A stretch of 64,000 nucleotides of DNA from Vicugna vicugna (Eukaryota), in NCBI GenBank assembly GCA_013265495.1, contig MU058584.1:6352407-6416406 (forward strand), in the 5' to 3' direction. Of the stretch, positions 49,842 through 63,804 are shown in pieces. Below the pieces are notes generated by a model that was not told the DNA's origin, did not search any database, and saw nothing but the letters and a program-made list of their open reading frames with translations. The first letter of the stretch is position 1; every line of letters starts with the position of its first letter. Both the position numbers and the translations under genes were made by a program.

Positions 49842-52631
49842 GCAAACAGTGGAAGTAAACTCAAATTTTAAACAAACTTAGGACTAGCAGTAGGTTTAAA
49901 ATAATTTTTTTGCCAAAGCCAAATCTCTTATGAAACTAATTGGCCTATTTTAGGCTAAAGAGAGATATACACAGATAAATGGATAATTTGGAGAGGCAGA
50001 TATTGATCATGCATACCATATCACCTAAAATTAAAAGCCGTGGAGTAGCCTTATTTTACTAGCATTTTTTGAACAGCGGAGCAGACAATCTTAGAAATAC
50101 TAATTTTGAAATATTGTGAACAGTCTGAGATAGGAAGGGCCAATATAGAATAACAGTCACAGGAACAATAAAGGGAATGAAATAAAGTAAAGGTTGCCCA
50201 GTTATTTGCAAGCAAGCCAGAATCCACTATTTGAAATATTAGGTGTAGAGTTTGGGGCTCCCAGATTTGGAAGGAAGGGGCTACCTTGATGCGTATCACA
50301 GGCCAGGAGTCCGTTACACAGGAGACACTTGATAAATATGTGTTAAATGAATGGAGTCTGAAGATGCCAGAAACTCCCCTACCATCACAAAACCCGTAGC
50401 ACTTCTAAGTGTTAATATCTGGGTTCTGAGATGAACCCACTGGGAAGAGAGCGCTTAGTAATATTAAAAATGTCAGACTGGTTTTTCAGAGCTGAGTCAG
50501 AAGGTGGCAATGACCCGGGGAACAAAGAAGAGCGGGGAGGGAGGACTCTGTAAATGAAGTATATACATCACATTTGTTGGCACACCTAGACCAGCTTATG
50601 CTATGGCCAGTATCTGATTGCCAAAGGGGGTAGTAGTTTATTCATTCTTACAAAGGCCTATAGTGGTTCCTATCATATATCAGCAAGTCAAGCTTTCTGT
50701 GATTTAATAAATGCCTAAACACGGATTTTTCTTACATATATATGCATGCTGGGTAAGGTGCAGCCTGCATAAATCAGAATTCAATACAAAATTCTTCTCA
50801 TAAGTGACAGATTTTCCACAGTCTGACCTTAACCTTCACTTAATAAAAGCACTTTTGTGTTTGAAATATACCCATTCATGATACGCAACTCATTTTTATC
50901 TTATTTCCATATGGATGGGACTGGCAATGGGGGAAACAATGACAAATCTGTCTCGACTGGAAGTGTTCTACCAACCCTCCCTCATCTCCAATCCATCTCT
51001 TGTTCCCTGGCCCCCCCAGCTAAGTGGCTCCAAGAAAAGGAGTGAATGCCACCGGTGGTGACTTGCTGTTGGCTGTGTCTTTGAACGTAGGCACATGTCT
51101 GTCTAGCGGTGGAGACAAATGTCTTTGCAGCCCCACTGGCCAGTGCTGTGCTGCCTCTGTCTTCAGCATGCGTTACTGGGGAAACATGAAGGCAAAACCG
51201 TCCACTCCTGTACTCAGTCCTCTCCCCCTGCTGAGCACGGGATAAGCATTAAGTAAGGCCTCTTTCCCAGAGAGCACTTAACTCTCTCACAAGCCCCCTT
51301 TGTTCCCTGCCCTCCGCCCCATCTATATGCTGCAGCACCCGCCGCCCAGATGTTCTCTATCAAAGCCTGAGCCATGCCAGCAAACTTTGGCACGCATGAG
51401 AGTGCACTGAGTACTGGCCCTCCAGAAATACCTTTTCCCCCCTCTGATTTCTGCAAATATTTTTAAATGTTAATGGGTTCCACTCACCCACAACCTAGGG
51501 GGAGGTTGCAGAACAGGGCTCTGTGTGTCCAGCAAATTAGCAGCCCGAGGATCCTGCTTGGCGCCTGGGTTCTGTCCCACCCTCGGGCGTTGGCTAGGGT
51601 TCTCCAACCTTGAATTGTTGAGGCTAGTTTGCCAGTGCATAGCTTTCTTGTGACAGAGGTTAGATGGGTGGTTGACAGGAAAGTTGCTCCAAGCTACAAA
51701 AAAGAAAGGGCCCTGTCTTGCTCTGAACTTTCTGAGAGTGAGAGAGATCCTTTGAGCATCACCAAAATAAGATTTTGAAATGTTTACTTTGCTTTTCACT
51801 CATCCTCTTTCTCCTCTTTCTTTCTTTCTTTTTTTTTTTTAATTAAAATTTTTCCTTCCAGTTCAATACATAGGCACAGAACAATGTGATATGTGCTCTG
51901 GGACTTTAGGTAACATGTTCATTTTGAAGCACCTTAAATATAGGTAGCGATATATTAATGGAAGCCTTGGTGAAAATGTTAATAAAATTGAGATTTGGAT
52001 CTTTCCTATGGAGACAGGAGAGTGCCATATATTGGCAGGAGAAGAGTGGATGGCACATATTCATCACAGGAGAGATTTATTCATCCTCCTTGCACTGTGA
52101 CAGTGTGACAGCTATTTTAGGACCCAGCTGGAAGCCTCTAAAAAGCCCAGCTCCAAAAGACAATTGAAAGTCACCTTTAAAGATTCTTTGTTTCCAACCC
52201 TGTCCTGACAACCTCACCAGTCCCACTGGAAGAAAATTGCCTCAGTGCCATCATCTCTAGGCCCTTGTTCTCCAGGGCTGAGGCTCCCTCGATGCTCACG
52301 AAGTTGCAAGGCTTGAGGCAGGTAGCCCACATGCTCTGTCGCTTCCCACGCTGGGGAGTGGAGGACCTGGCTCTCAAGTCTTGGGCCTCCCGATTCCAGC
52401 TTCAGATAATCACACCATGCTCCAAAGACTTCAGGATGTGCCAGTTACACCAGCAATATTCCTGCTTCAGGCCAGATTTTATTCTACCATTTTCTGGTGA
52501 GTAGTAATAGTGGAGAATTTGGAGGATCTCAGTGAGATCTGACTGCGGAGCAAATGGAAGGCTATGCAAGCTAGATAACTCTGGAGAGTCTTGAGAAGAA
52601 AAACCATCTACCCTCCACTCAGCATGGGCAC

Positions 52632-53113
52632 TGAGTAAAGAAATCACATCTTACTGCCTAGATTCATGATTTTGCTATTCCACCATCCTCTTAGCATGTA
52701 AAATTATTTGTTTGCTTGTTTTTTTGTTTAGCTCTTCCAGGACTGTCCCACCCAAGCAAATGTTTTGATTGTTCACTACAGGAATTTTCCTAAAGATGCA
52801 TCAACTCTTCAACAGAAAGAAAGCATCAACAGACAAAGGCTTAGCTTCTTCAGAATCCCTTGCCTCAAAATCTTTCCCTTGCACTTTCTACCAATCGTAG
52901 ACTTTTTACCCAGTCCTGACCTAGTCCCCATATTAACTGAGTAGATTCAAACCAAACTTCTAACCCTCAATAAATTCTGACCCTACCTTCCCCGCTCCCT
53001 GCTCCCAGACACTGCTGAACTTTGTGGAGATTACTTGTTAACTTAAGCAATAAATTCAGCTCTATCTCACTCACAGACTGTGTTGGCAATATTTAGGGAG
53101 CCAACTTTTGATA
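52632..53113 (+). mobile_element. ERV solo LTR (MER89/MER90/MER110-like)
   Basis: caataaattctgacc..cccagacactgctg..gcaataaattcagct..tgtgttggcaatatttagggagcca, an LTR-type 3' end with AATAAA at 53049. Confidence 0.55.
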
Positions 53114-53689
53114 TCCTTTTGTTTAACTATAACCTGAGATGGAACCGAGATTTTTAGATTTTGAATTTTATGCTTAAAACCGGGGGAGGCAGAACAGTTT
53201 TTTTTTCCAATTCTCTATCTTCTTTCTCTCAAAATTCTTCTCTATTATTTAAAAAGTACTAAAACTAAGAAGAATTTCCATTATGTTAATTCAAAGCTGA
53301 AATTTAAATAATTTTAAGGAGCAATACTTTTCAATCAGCAACCAAACAAAGCACAGGAATCAATGTCTGATACAGAATAGACATCTTACCAAAGAATGTG
53401 ATGATAATTACACAGACCACTAAAATTCTGGAGAGGGGTGCTAGGTCAAAGCAAAGAACTGTCAGGTGATCAGTGCCCTATTTGCAAATGCCTTTGTTTT
53501 AAAAAGAAGCAGAAGATAAGAAGTAGAAGAAATCCAATGAAGATTTTAGATACAACAGTGTTTCTCAGGCTAAATCAGCAGACTCTAGGAGCCTGCAAAA
53601 ATTCTGGCTGTTCTTTCAAGGGGCTCTACAAGTTTAAGGACTGTTATACTCTCTAAATCATTATTTACACCAATATAAAGAAGATAAGA

Positions 53690-54830
53690 CTCCTGGCTTA
53701 AGAAGGCAAGCTAAGCATAATTGTTCACCTGTTTCACCTCCTAAAAATCAGAGAAAGCATAAACAAATAAATTCCAAAAGATAAAAGGTATCAATGAAAA
53801 AAAATTAACCAAAATAGGATGCTATGAAAAAGAAGCAGAGTTTTCAGAAATTATCATAATTAATGAAACATGAGCTGAATTGCAGAATGAATGAGACAAG
53901 ATTAAATCAGTGAGCTGGAAGGGTAAACTGAAAGATTCCATCAGAATTCAGGGAAAAGGACAAAGAAATTAAAAAGATGAGAGAAAAGTTGAGATGCGTA
54001 GAATATTTCTAAAAGTTCAGCCATCCATTTAGTAGGAGTTCAAGAAAGAGAAAATTAAAAAATGGAAGGGAAAACTCAAATAAATAATAAAAAACAATGA
54101 AGAACAGCAACAACAAAATTTTCCATAAAGAAAGTCTCTTCATGGTGAAAGAACCCATTGATAGCAGTGAAAGAATAGCACCTACATTTTATTAGATACA
54201 TTTTATTAAGATATATGAACTCCAACAATAAGTCATAAACTATGAAAGAGACAGAGTATAACTAAATAGAAAGGAGAATTAAAACAGCATTGGATCTCTT
54301 ATCTGCAGCAGAGTATGCTAGAAGTTAATTGAACAATACTTTCATAAGTGATAACTGGAATTTACATACAAAACTAACCTATCATTTAAAAACCAGGGAA
54401 AAATGATAATATGAAAAGCCTAACAGTAGAACACCAATAATATTTCTGAAAAAATACAAAATAATGTACTATAACTAAAAACAGAATTTAACAATGAGGC
54501 TAACATAAGAAAACACTGTGAGCAATTGAAAGTTAAAGCCTGAGGTTAAGTTCAGATAGCAACTGATGATTGATTTTAACGTTAATTCAATTGCCAAAAG
54601 ATTATTCATCAGCAATCAGAAACGCAATGATAGAAGGGGATGCAAAAATACCCAAAATCAACCAAAAGGATTCCAAAAAAATCATCAAATGTAAATTGAT
54701 GGTGTGGTGCATTATTAAAGGGAAAGGATGCTAAAGGATTTTTCTGCTCTGGGAGATAAGAGGAGATTCAGATTCTGATAAATTCTTGATGTTGATAGAA
54801 AAGTTTGCATCAGTACATTATTATCAATGT
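53690..54830 (+). mobile_element. HAL1 or old L1 ORF1-like remnant
   Basis: aaatcagtgagctggaag..gagagaaaagttgagat..agtaggagttcaagaaagagaaaa..ggatctcttatctgcagca..tgctagaag. Confidence 0.7.
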
Positions 54831-55504
54831 ATAAATTAAAGTATTTATTTTTTAATTAGCATAATGTGGACACTGCATATTATTTCTCCCCTCTGCACTG
54901 GTCCTAAAAAGTTTCAAAGCCAAAATTGTGATGTAGCTCTAGAAAGTATATGAGATCTTGAAACATGGTTGTTGTAAACTACCCTTATTCCTGGTGCCAT
55001 TTTATTTTTTTGTAGCTTTATTTTCCCTTAACTTGGTTGTCCTAATTTCCTTTAAAGTAAAACACATTGGCAAATGTGTGTATATATGTACACGTTCAAT
55101 GTATACTTGTGTGTGTGTACACAAATGTATCACCTTCAACCCTTTCTGGCCTCGGCAGCGATACAAAGAGTCCAAATTTATCATTTCTTGATATATAATT
55201 TCCATGAACTAGAAGCAAGAGTATAGTGTAGCCACATTACTATCTAATCTCCATTTTATTAATGTAATCCAGATTATCTGGCCCAGAAATGTCTTAACCT
55301 TAAAATGGCTTATAAACTGTCTATCCTTCTGAATATCAATGACAGTTCCACTGTATCTCTTACCTACATACCACTGAATCTTATGTAAATTAAATTACCC
55401 CCCACCAAAGAAAGTTTCTAATATTCAAAGGGACTGGGTAACTACAGTAATCTTAAAACAAAAATAAAAACAAAAACAAACAAAAGCAATACTTGAAGCA
55501 AAAG

Positions 55505-55715
55505 AATGCATTCAGAGCACAAATTCTTGAATCAGCCTGCCTGGGTTAATCCTAATTACCGAGTGTGGCAACTTGGACAAGATACTGAAGCTCTTTGTTC
55601 CTCAGTTTCCTCATCTGCAAAATGGGAGTAATAATACAGCTGTTGCGGGGCTTCAAGAAGATAATCATGAAAAACTCTTAGAACAGACAACGCCAAGATA
55701 AACGTTAACTACAAT
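55505..55715 (+). mobile_element. MIR SINE
   Basis: cttggacaagatactgaagctctttgttcctcagtttcctcatctgcaaaatgggagtaata. Confidence 0.8.
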
Positions 55716-56124
55716 TATTTTAATAAAATATTTTCCTGCAAGACGTCTTTCCCAGAAACAGTTCAGCATTCTATCATACAAATGATGGTTGTTTTGAGGG
55801 ATCCAGCTCAAAGTTCATTCAAAGCAGAACAAAGTAATTAGGAGTAACATAAATAAGAAGTGATCACTTCAGATTTTTCTATTTCCATTCATTTAGTCAA
55901 GCCATTTATTCAATAGCTACTGAAGCTTACAACTAGACATTTGCTCAAAATGCTCCATCTCATAAGGTGACTAAACTCTGTCATAACTTTCCCAAGTGAT
56001 ATATGCCCAAAGTAACAGCACGAGTCCATCTCACCCAGTTAAATCAATTTTTCCCAATAGACTGAGTCCTTTGTAACTGACGCAATAAATTGCATATTCA
56101 GCAAATACAAAAGAAGCCCTCTTC

Positions 56125-56300
56125 AGTGGTCTGCTGGAGCAGGCTAGAGCCCACTGGTAAGAAGAGGTGATAGTACGCGTTCCTTCTTAACTCTATGTTT
56201 CCTATTTACACCATGGGAATCAACAAGCCAAGGTGGTTGTTGGCTTTTTCTGTTTCTTTCTGAAGAGCCTTTGTTAAACATTACTAGCAAATCACAGCCT
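56125..56300. mobile_element. hAT MITE remnant (MER63-like)
   Basis: cagtggtctgctggagcaggct ... tttgttaaacattactagcaaatcac, degenerate termini. Confidence 0.5.
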
Positions 56301-58439
56301 CTAGTTCCAAAGAGTCAGCCTTTGTGAAATCCCAGAGTTAAAGTGTCCACATTATCTTTTACAATGCAGCTTATTTCAAAAGCAGGTGTCAGAAGACATC
56401 CTGATTTGAATATGCAAGAGAAATACAGTGCAAAAAAAACCTCTTTCTATCTGTAATATTCCTATTTGTGAATCTAGTTTTCTCTTCTGGTTTAAAATTT
56501 CGAGTGTAAATCTTTTTAGATGAAACAGTAACGATTGTGGTAATGCAGTTTGATGATTCCACATACAAAATTAACTTGGAAATACTGATACATGATGTAA
56601 GTCCTCTTAGAAATTCGGTCTGTTTCATTCAAAGAAGTTTAAATGCAGAATGTTTTATTTTGTTCTGGAAATTTTATAAAAGTGTTTCGCCAAAAGCATT
56701 AAATATTTGATTCTACTTGTTAAGATTTGCAGGAACTGCTTTGAATTTATTATAAAAAATAACAGCAACAGCAACACATTTTCCCCTTTCATTAAGGCGG
56801 GGAAAAAAGCACTTTAAGAGCTTTTCCATAAAAATGCTCTAAAATATTCCATTAAAATTAAAAGGCAACTGCCATTTCACACGTGGTCAGATTTAACTAT
56901 TCAAAGTTATTTTAGGTATATCAGTCCCCAAAGACCAAACTACCTAAGAGTCCAGCTGTGTTCAAAGATCTCTAGAACCCAGCCTCCAGAGATGGATAGA
57001 GCTGATACAAAGGGTTATTAGACCAGAGAAGGGGAGAATAATTCTGGGTGCAATATTAGTGGCCCAAGCTCTCCAAATGCTCACTTGATTATAGGTTTCA
57101 TAATGAAACAATCATCCTGCAATGATCAGGGAGAAATCTGCAGTAGTGTTAAGGAGCTTGGACCAAAAGCCAATTCCAATAACGATAGCATTGATAGCAC
57201 CTCATGTCAGCAATGGTGAACTGAGAGTCTTAATAGCAAGCACTCTTCCAGGGTTGGGGGAAATAATGTTTCAGTTGAAATCTGATGCTCTCATGGTTAT
57301 AAGAAGTATTTTTAAGTGCTACAATAATATGCACATTTGTCATTAAATATTATACTCCTCTGGTAGAGTTCTCCTTGCCTAGTTTTGTTTTATAGCAATA
57401 CTTTTGCATTTTAAATACAGTTCAAACATTAGTTGCTACAGAGATATGTAGTTTCATGCATGAATAACTTATTAATATATTTCTTAGGGTGGTCCATTAT
57501 ATGTATGTTTAATTAGCCCTAGAATCAGATTGTTAAATACTTGTTTAAATGTCCCAAGTATCAAGAAATGAGTACCCTATACTTTTCAGGAATTTATTAC
57601 TGGATTTTTGTACTCGAAACTTAACAATCCTTGTTAGGAGCTCCCAGAACCCCCATGAACTTCAACATAACTTACAGATGCTGATGTCTTTGGAATTTCA
57701 TTTTTGGTATAAAAGAGAGTTATCTAAAAACAAAAAATGAACTAATGACTAGGATTAAAAAAAAAAAAAGAAAGATGGACATAAAAGATACAGTAACTAA
57801 ATTAAAAGGCCAAAAGGCTTGCCAATAAGTCTTTATTCCCAAACCAGTGTTAGAAATAGAATATGGGAGTCGGAGTGTTTTTGTTTGGAGTTAAGTGGAA
57901 AGTACAAGGCTGGAGGCCACACACATTTGGGATATCGTTCTGTCTCTTCCATGTGCTCATTTGCCTGACCCTGAGGAGATCACTTAGCTTCAAGTGACTT
58001 GTAGATTTCATTAGATTTCCTTTCAGATACATCAAAAAATGAGAAAGCAAAAATAACAAACAATATTTTAATGATCTTACGTATACAAATAAAGTATAAA
58101 TACTGAAAAAAGATAAAACAGTGACAACTTTTTGGTTTGGCCACTGCCCTCCCTCAAAAGAGCCCTGTTAAGAACTTCTCAGCCTCTGCTTTAGAATGAT
58201 TTCTTATTGAAAGTATGGCTAGAACTTTATTTCAGGTGAAGGATTTCTTCAACTTCACATGCACCCCACTAGCTAACAGGCCACTGGCTTTTCTTCCACT
58301 CGAATCGAGGCAAGGGCAATTTTCAGTCTGCTCACCTAAGCATTTACTGTGAGCTCAACTCCAGTTGTTGGAAAGCTGCCACACATTTATGGGAGCCTAA
58401 GGGATATTGCGTGGCTGTCATCTTTCTCTTGCTTGCCCC

Positions 58440-58620
58440 TACCACACCAAATGCCCTGGCAAGGTTACTACACCTAGGTGCCGCATTTCCTACAGAGCAC
58501 CTTGTAACCAAAATCATCGAAAACTTGGACCAAGTTCAGAGAGGAGCCACTAAAATGATTAAGTGACTGAGGGGACCAATTTATAAGGAACTCAGAAATG
58601 TTTGGTTAAGTGGTAATTGC
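58440..58620 (+). mobile_element. CR1/L3 LINE ORF2 C-terminal fragment
   Basis: From 58519 it translates ENLDQVQRGATKMIK*LRGPIYKEL, compared with CR1 LExVQRRATKMIxGL..YEERL. Confidence 0.7.
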
Positions 58621-59731
58621 CCTAAATAAGGTGTGGTGGCTCTGGCATTAAGCTTGAATCCCAAACCATGCTTGGCAAAGAGACCTCCTTTCAGGTCTCC
58701 ACCCTCAGCATGCTCTGAAGAGGGGGCAGACTCTCCCTCGTGGCTGGCCCTCCAACCACTGCACAGGCTGCTTGGGTGGTATTGCCACTCACGTGTAGTG
58801 ACCTCTACAGACAAGCACAGAAGGAAACACTACCAAAGCAGAGAGCTCACTGAAGACGGCTGAAAAGATACTTAAAGGAAAAGTCTTGGGAATCATGAAA
58901 CACAAGCCTGGGCTATGAAGGGCCTGTCCCTCCATCCTCGCCAAGCACCTACTCACAGCCCATCGCCAATCTCTGCTTGATGGGTGGTACCATTTAATAA
59001 GAGCTGCTGACTGAGTCCCAGCGTGCAAGTTTGCCTAAAATACACTGCCGGGAATGTTGATTCCTTAAAGAATGACAGTTCCCACATGGCCAAAGAGAAA
59101 AACCTAGGAGCACTTGTAACAGTTAAGGCGGCTGAAAGCGATCATTCCTGGGAGCTGCATTTCCCAAAATGTCTTCCAGGTGATGCTACTATGTGTTACG
59201 CATACTAAAAAGAAGAGAGCTAAAAAGTGGGATAAATGAAGTTAAACCTTGTGCGTGTGTGTGATATGTTTGTTTGTTAACAGTAACACCTCTCAGAGCC
59301 ATTCATATGCTGAAGTCTACTGTGTCTCACTCATGGGGATGGTATGTGCACTATTCCCCAAACGCAAATTCCGCATGGAATGCTTTATTCCTTAAGTACA
59401 GATTCTCTGTATTCATGGCCACTTCCACCCTGCCATTGACAATGCTGCACTCAGTAAACGAACAACGAAATGTATGAATCAGCCTAGGCTAGAATACAAG
59501 TCTTACATCCCAATCCACTCCTTTTCCACCACGCTGATCTTCCATTACTCTTCACTTACATGAATCTTTTTATCCTATAGAAATGGAATGAAATTTATGA
59601 GAAGCAGACAGGCCTAAGGCTACAAAGCTCAAGTCTGAAGGTTCCACTTGCTTGAGGCTTCCAAGTCCCTGTGAGTTAAGTGTGCATGTACAATGCTATA
59701 TTCTTTTTTCTTAAGGAGGCCCCACACAGCA

Positions 59732-59835
59732 GGGAAGGTATAGCTCAGTGGTAAAGCACATGCTTAGCATGCATGAGGTCCTGGGTTCAATCCCCAGTAC
59801 CTCTACTGACAAAAAATTTTTTAAAAATTTAAAAA
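59732..59835 (+). mobile_element. Camelid tRNA-Ala-derived SINE (short form), apparently nested in an old hAT-like MITE (about 59610-59866)
   Basis: gggaaggtatagctcagtggtaaagcacatgcttagcatgcatgaggtcctgggttcaatccccagtacctc plus A/T tail. Confidence 0.85.
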
Positions 59836-62089
59836 CTGTTTAACCTCCATGTCCTGCAAAACCTGCTGTTACCATATAAGATGAAAATGGCTCAATAGGT
59901 TTTTACACCCAAATTTATAAGCTGTGATGGAGATAGTTGAACTTAAACTATTGATGATACGACAGACTAAAATTCACTTTAGATTACCCTTGGGTCACCT
60001 TTGGGAGACAGTATTCATCCTCCTGTGTAGCTAAAATGTAGATCCAAATAAGAACAAAAGGTAGATTCATTATTTCCATATACTTCATAATTATACTAGC
60101 TTCAACTACCTCCGTTCTTAGAATTCCTCTTAAGACATTTATCACATCTATTATCCTGTTGGGTTTTTTATAAGTACCTTACCCAGTAGTCTCCAACTCT
60201 ACCCATCTCTCAGTATTTTTAAGACGATAGATAGCCACTTTGAAATCTCACACTGTAAAAATGACCACAGTTGGAATTCCTTCTGAGGACCATCTGAAGT
60301 TCCTGCATCACTTTTTTTTCCATGAGTAGGGACTGACATCTTTAAACTTGAATCTATGCAATTTGGCACTCCACTTCAATTCTTTAAAAGCTCCATTTAT
60401 ATTGATCTTGTCTTTTGGAATTTCCTGTAGGCTGTCTCAGATAAAACAATTTCCAGTCTAATCTTCCTCTTGTCTGCTCTCTAGTTTGACATTATACCTT
60501 CAAAATCAAATCTTATTATTTAAACCAAAATAAACACATTTTATTACAGAATATTAAATCAGTAACATTAACAGACTGACTTTGGTAATTAATCTTCACC
60601 ATGACTGATAAGCCAATGTTTAAACTTTGACTACTAGTACTCAAAGCTTTGCAAATTTCTTCCAGATCATTCATAATTTAACAAGAGATTCTAACAACCA
60701 CACACACACCCAAAAATCACATCAACCACACTGAGTCTTACACCAAATCAGTGTTTTGCTCTCCCATTTTTCAAGTAAACTTACAGCCCAAATTCCAAAA
60801 CTAGGACTGAGCATAAAGGCCAAACATTCTACCTCCCTCCATTTCCTTCGCATCATCTTCATGAGTTGGTTGGAACTATGGAAACATGGTAAGCCCAAAC
60901 TAACAGCTGTGCACGGCCAGGTCAGCCTCTGGTCGTTTCCAAGCCAAAAGCGACTTGACAGACACCCCTTTGCAAGTCTAGTGTTTATAAATATCCAATG
61001 AAATTACTTCATTCGGTCAATTATTTCTTGAGAAAGTTGGCAGAATAACATAGTCATTAAACTGAGCGCTAAACAAGAGAGCAATTTTGCCCAAAAGTTC
61101 TAGTTAATGCTTTTAATGCATTTTCATTTCTTAAAAATACCTGAAATGCTAGTATAATTAAAGGGAATTGCCTCTCCATTGAGAAACATATTTAAGATAC
61201 TGCAGTGAAGATAGCATATGGAAAAGGAAAGAGAAATTCAGTTCTCCAGTATCTTCTTTGTCAGTATGATTTCTTACTTTATGAGGAATTCTGAAATCAA
61301 AGCAGTACTGTTTTCAAATGTAAATAGAAAAGACATCCCGAAGCCAGAACATCATGTAGTCAAGACTCAATTGCCTCTGTGATAAGTATTCACTTCATAG
61401 AGAATATGCTGTAGCATATTTTTCTGTTTCCAGTCCCTTTGGATCCTCCAATTGGCCACCAGCATACGCTGATTCACCCACCCATCCATTCATTCAACAA
61501 TCTTAAGCCACCACATCAAGCACTGTTGTAGTTACTTGTAATGTAGCCATAAACAAAAATACTTTCCAACATACCTCTCCTAGCTGCTTAATGGTTATAC
61601 ACTTGGAGACGGAAAAAGTTCTAATACATAAAGTAATACATTAGAATCTGAAAGCAGATGGAAAGAGCTCTAATGCTTCCCAAAGGAAAATGCAAGCTGT
61701 TAAATCCCTTATAGCATACAAGCCTCTTGCACACAGACAACCACCATCTTTCCTAGTTCCTGATGCCATGGATACAAAGGGGAGAAGAGGGGGAACGTTT
61801 TAGGCCATCTGTAACAGTCCAAGGAATGGAGTAAGAGCAGCTGGCAAAACTCAAGACCAACTAAGGGAAACTGAATCAGAAAATTCCACAGTAGAGTGAA
61901 ATTGGGAGAGTTAATAACTAAAATAAGCTTCTGCTACATTTCACAAACATTTCTCATTGTCAGAATACATGCTATTTCACATACTAACGATCTTTCTGGG
62001 TGAATAAGCGTATTCTTGAAAATGCAAATAACATGGGGTTAAGGACTCTAGTTATTCACATTCTGCTCATATGAGCTATATCAGAATTA

Positions 62090-63804
62090 AATGAAATGTT
62101 TGCCACACGATTCTTTGTAAACGGAGGAACTGAATTAAAAAAAAAAACACAACATATCAAAATTTGTGGAGTTCTGCTAAAGCAGTTCTTAAGGGAAAAT
62201 TTACAGCACCAAACACTTATTTAGAAAAGCAAAAGTTTTAAATCAATTACCTCAATTTCTACCTTAAGAAATTAGGAAAAGAACAGCAAAGGAAACTCAA
62301 AGTAAGCAAAAGAAATAAATGATAAATTATAAAGATTAGAACAGAAATCAACCAAGTAGAAAACTAATAGACAACAGAGAAATTCAATAAAACCAAAAGC
62401 TCATTGTTTGAGAAAAACAGAATGATAAATCTCCAAGGAGAATGAGCAGAATGAAAGAGAAAAGATACAAATAACCAATATCATTAATTAGAGAAGGATA
62501 TCCCTACAAAATCTACAGATATTAAAAGGATAATAAGTGTTGCAGGTCCCCACATTACCCTCCGTTTTGACGATTAGCATTAGAAAGACTCAAAGAACTC
62601 AGAAAAGCTCCTACAGTCACAACCACAGTTTACTACAGTGAATACATATTAAAATCAGCAAAGGCAGAGTACACGTAGAAAGGCGTCCAGAAAGAATCAG
62701 ATATCAGGGTAATTGTATGGAACAGCTCTTAATTCTTCCAGCAATAATGCATGACAACACATATGATGTATTGCCAACCAGGGAAGCTCATCTAAACCTT
62801 GTTATCTAGGGTTCTTATTGGAAATCAGACCTAGAGGCATAGAACACCAACATCACCAACTTTATCTATCCAGTCTCCAGCCCCTCCAGAGTTCAAACTG
62901 ATAAAGCATGGCCCGGAAATCCAGGTAAATAAAAATAAATCACATTGTTAGCATAAACTATCTGATAAGCAAAAAAGGCCCTAGGTATATAAAGACAATC
63001 TTATCATGAAGGATATTCCAAGAGCTTAGAGGTCCCCCCACCCCCCAGAGGCCAGTTAAGGGCCAGTTCTTTCTTTGGAATGTGCAGGGTTTGAGCATCA
63101 CAAACCCTCTGAGTTAACCCTTTACTGAACAATAAGAATATTATGAACCACTTAATGCCAATATATTCAACAACTCACAAGAAACAAATATCTTGGAAGA
63201 AAAACTAGCAAACTCACTAAAGAAGAAATAGTCTAAATAGCACTATATCTATCAAAGAAATTAAATTTGTGGTTAAAAATTTCCCTACAGTGGAAACCCC
63301 AGAAGGCTTTACTGGTAAATTCTGCCAAGTATATAAGGAAGAATTAATACCAATGCTACCCAAGTCTTCTAGAAAACTGAAGAGAAGAAAATATCTCTCA
63401 CTTGGTGAAACCAGTATCACCCTGATCCCCAAATGAAACATTACACAAAACAAAACTATAGACCAGTATCTCTCAGGAACATACGTAAAAATTTTAACAC
63501 AATACTAGCCAATCAAATCCAACAATATATGAAAGCATAATAGATCATGTCTAAGTAGAGCTTATCCCAGGATGCAAGACAAATGTAACACTGGCCAACT
63601 GATCAATACAATTCACCATATCAACAATCTAAAAAAAAAAAAAAAGGCATATTATGACATAAATAGACCCAGAAAAAACATGCAAGAAAATCTGTTATCC
63701 GTTTCCAATAAAAGCTCTCAGAAAACTACGACTGGAAAGTAACTTCACCAACCTGATAAATGGCATCTACAAAAAAAAACAAAAAACAAAAAACCTAAAG
63801 CTAA
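62090..63804 (+). mobile_element. Old L1 ORF2 remnant, interrupted by an LTR at 62538-63131
   Basis: atatcaaaatttgtggagttctgctaaagcagttcttaagggaaaattta; ggctttactggtaaattctgccaa; ORF2 sequence resumes collinearly after the LTR. Confidence 0.9.
62538..63131. mobile_element. ERVL solo LTR (MER21/MER77-like) with perfect 5-bp TSD
   Basis: TG...CA ends; ATAAG at 62533-62537 and 63132-63136; gtattgccaaccagggaagctca and ataaatcacattgttagcataaacta motifs. Confidence 0.85.
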
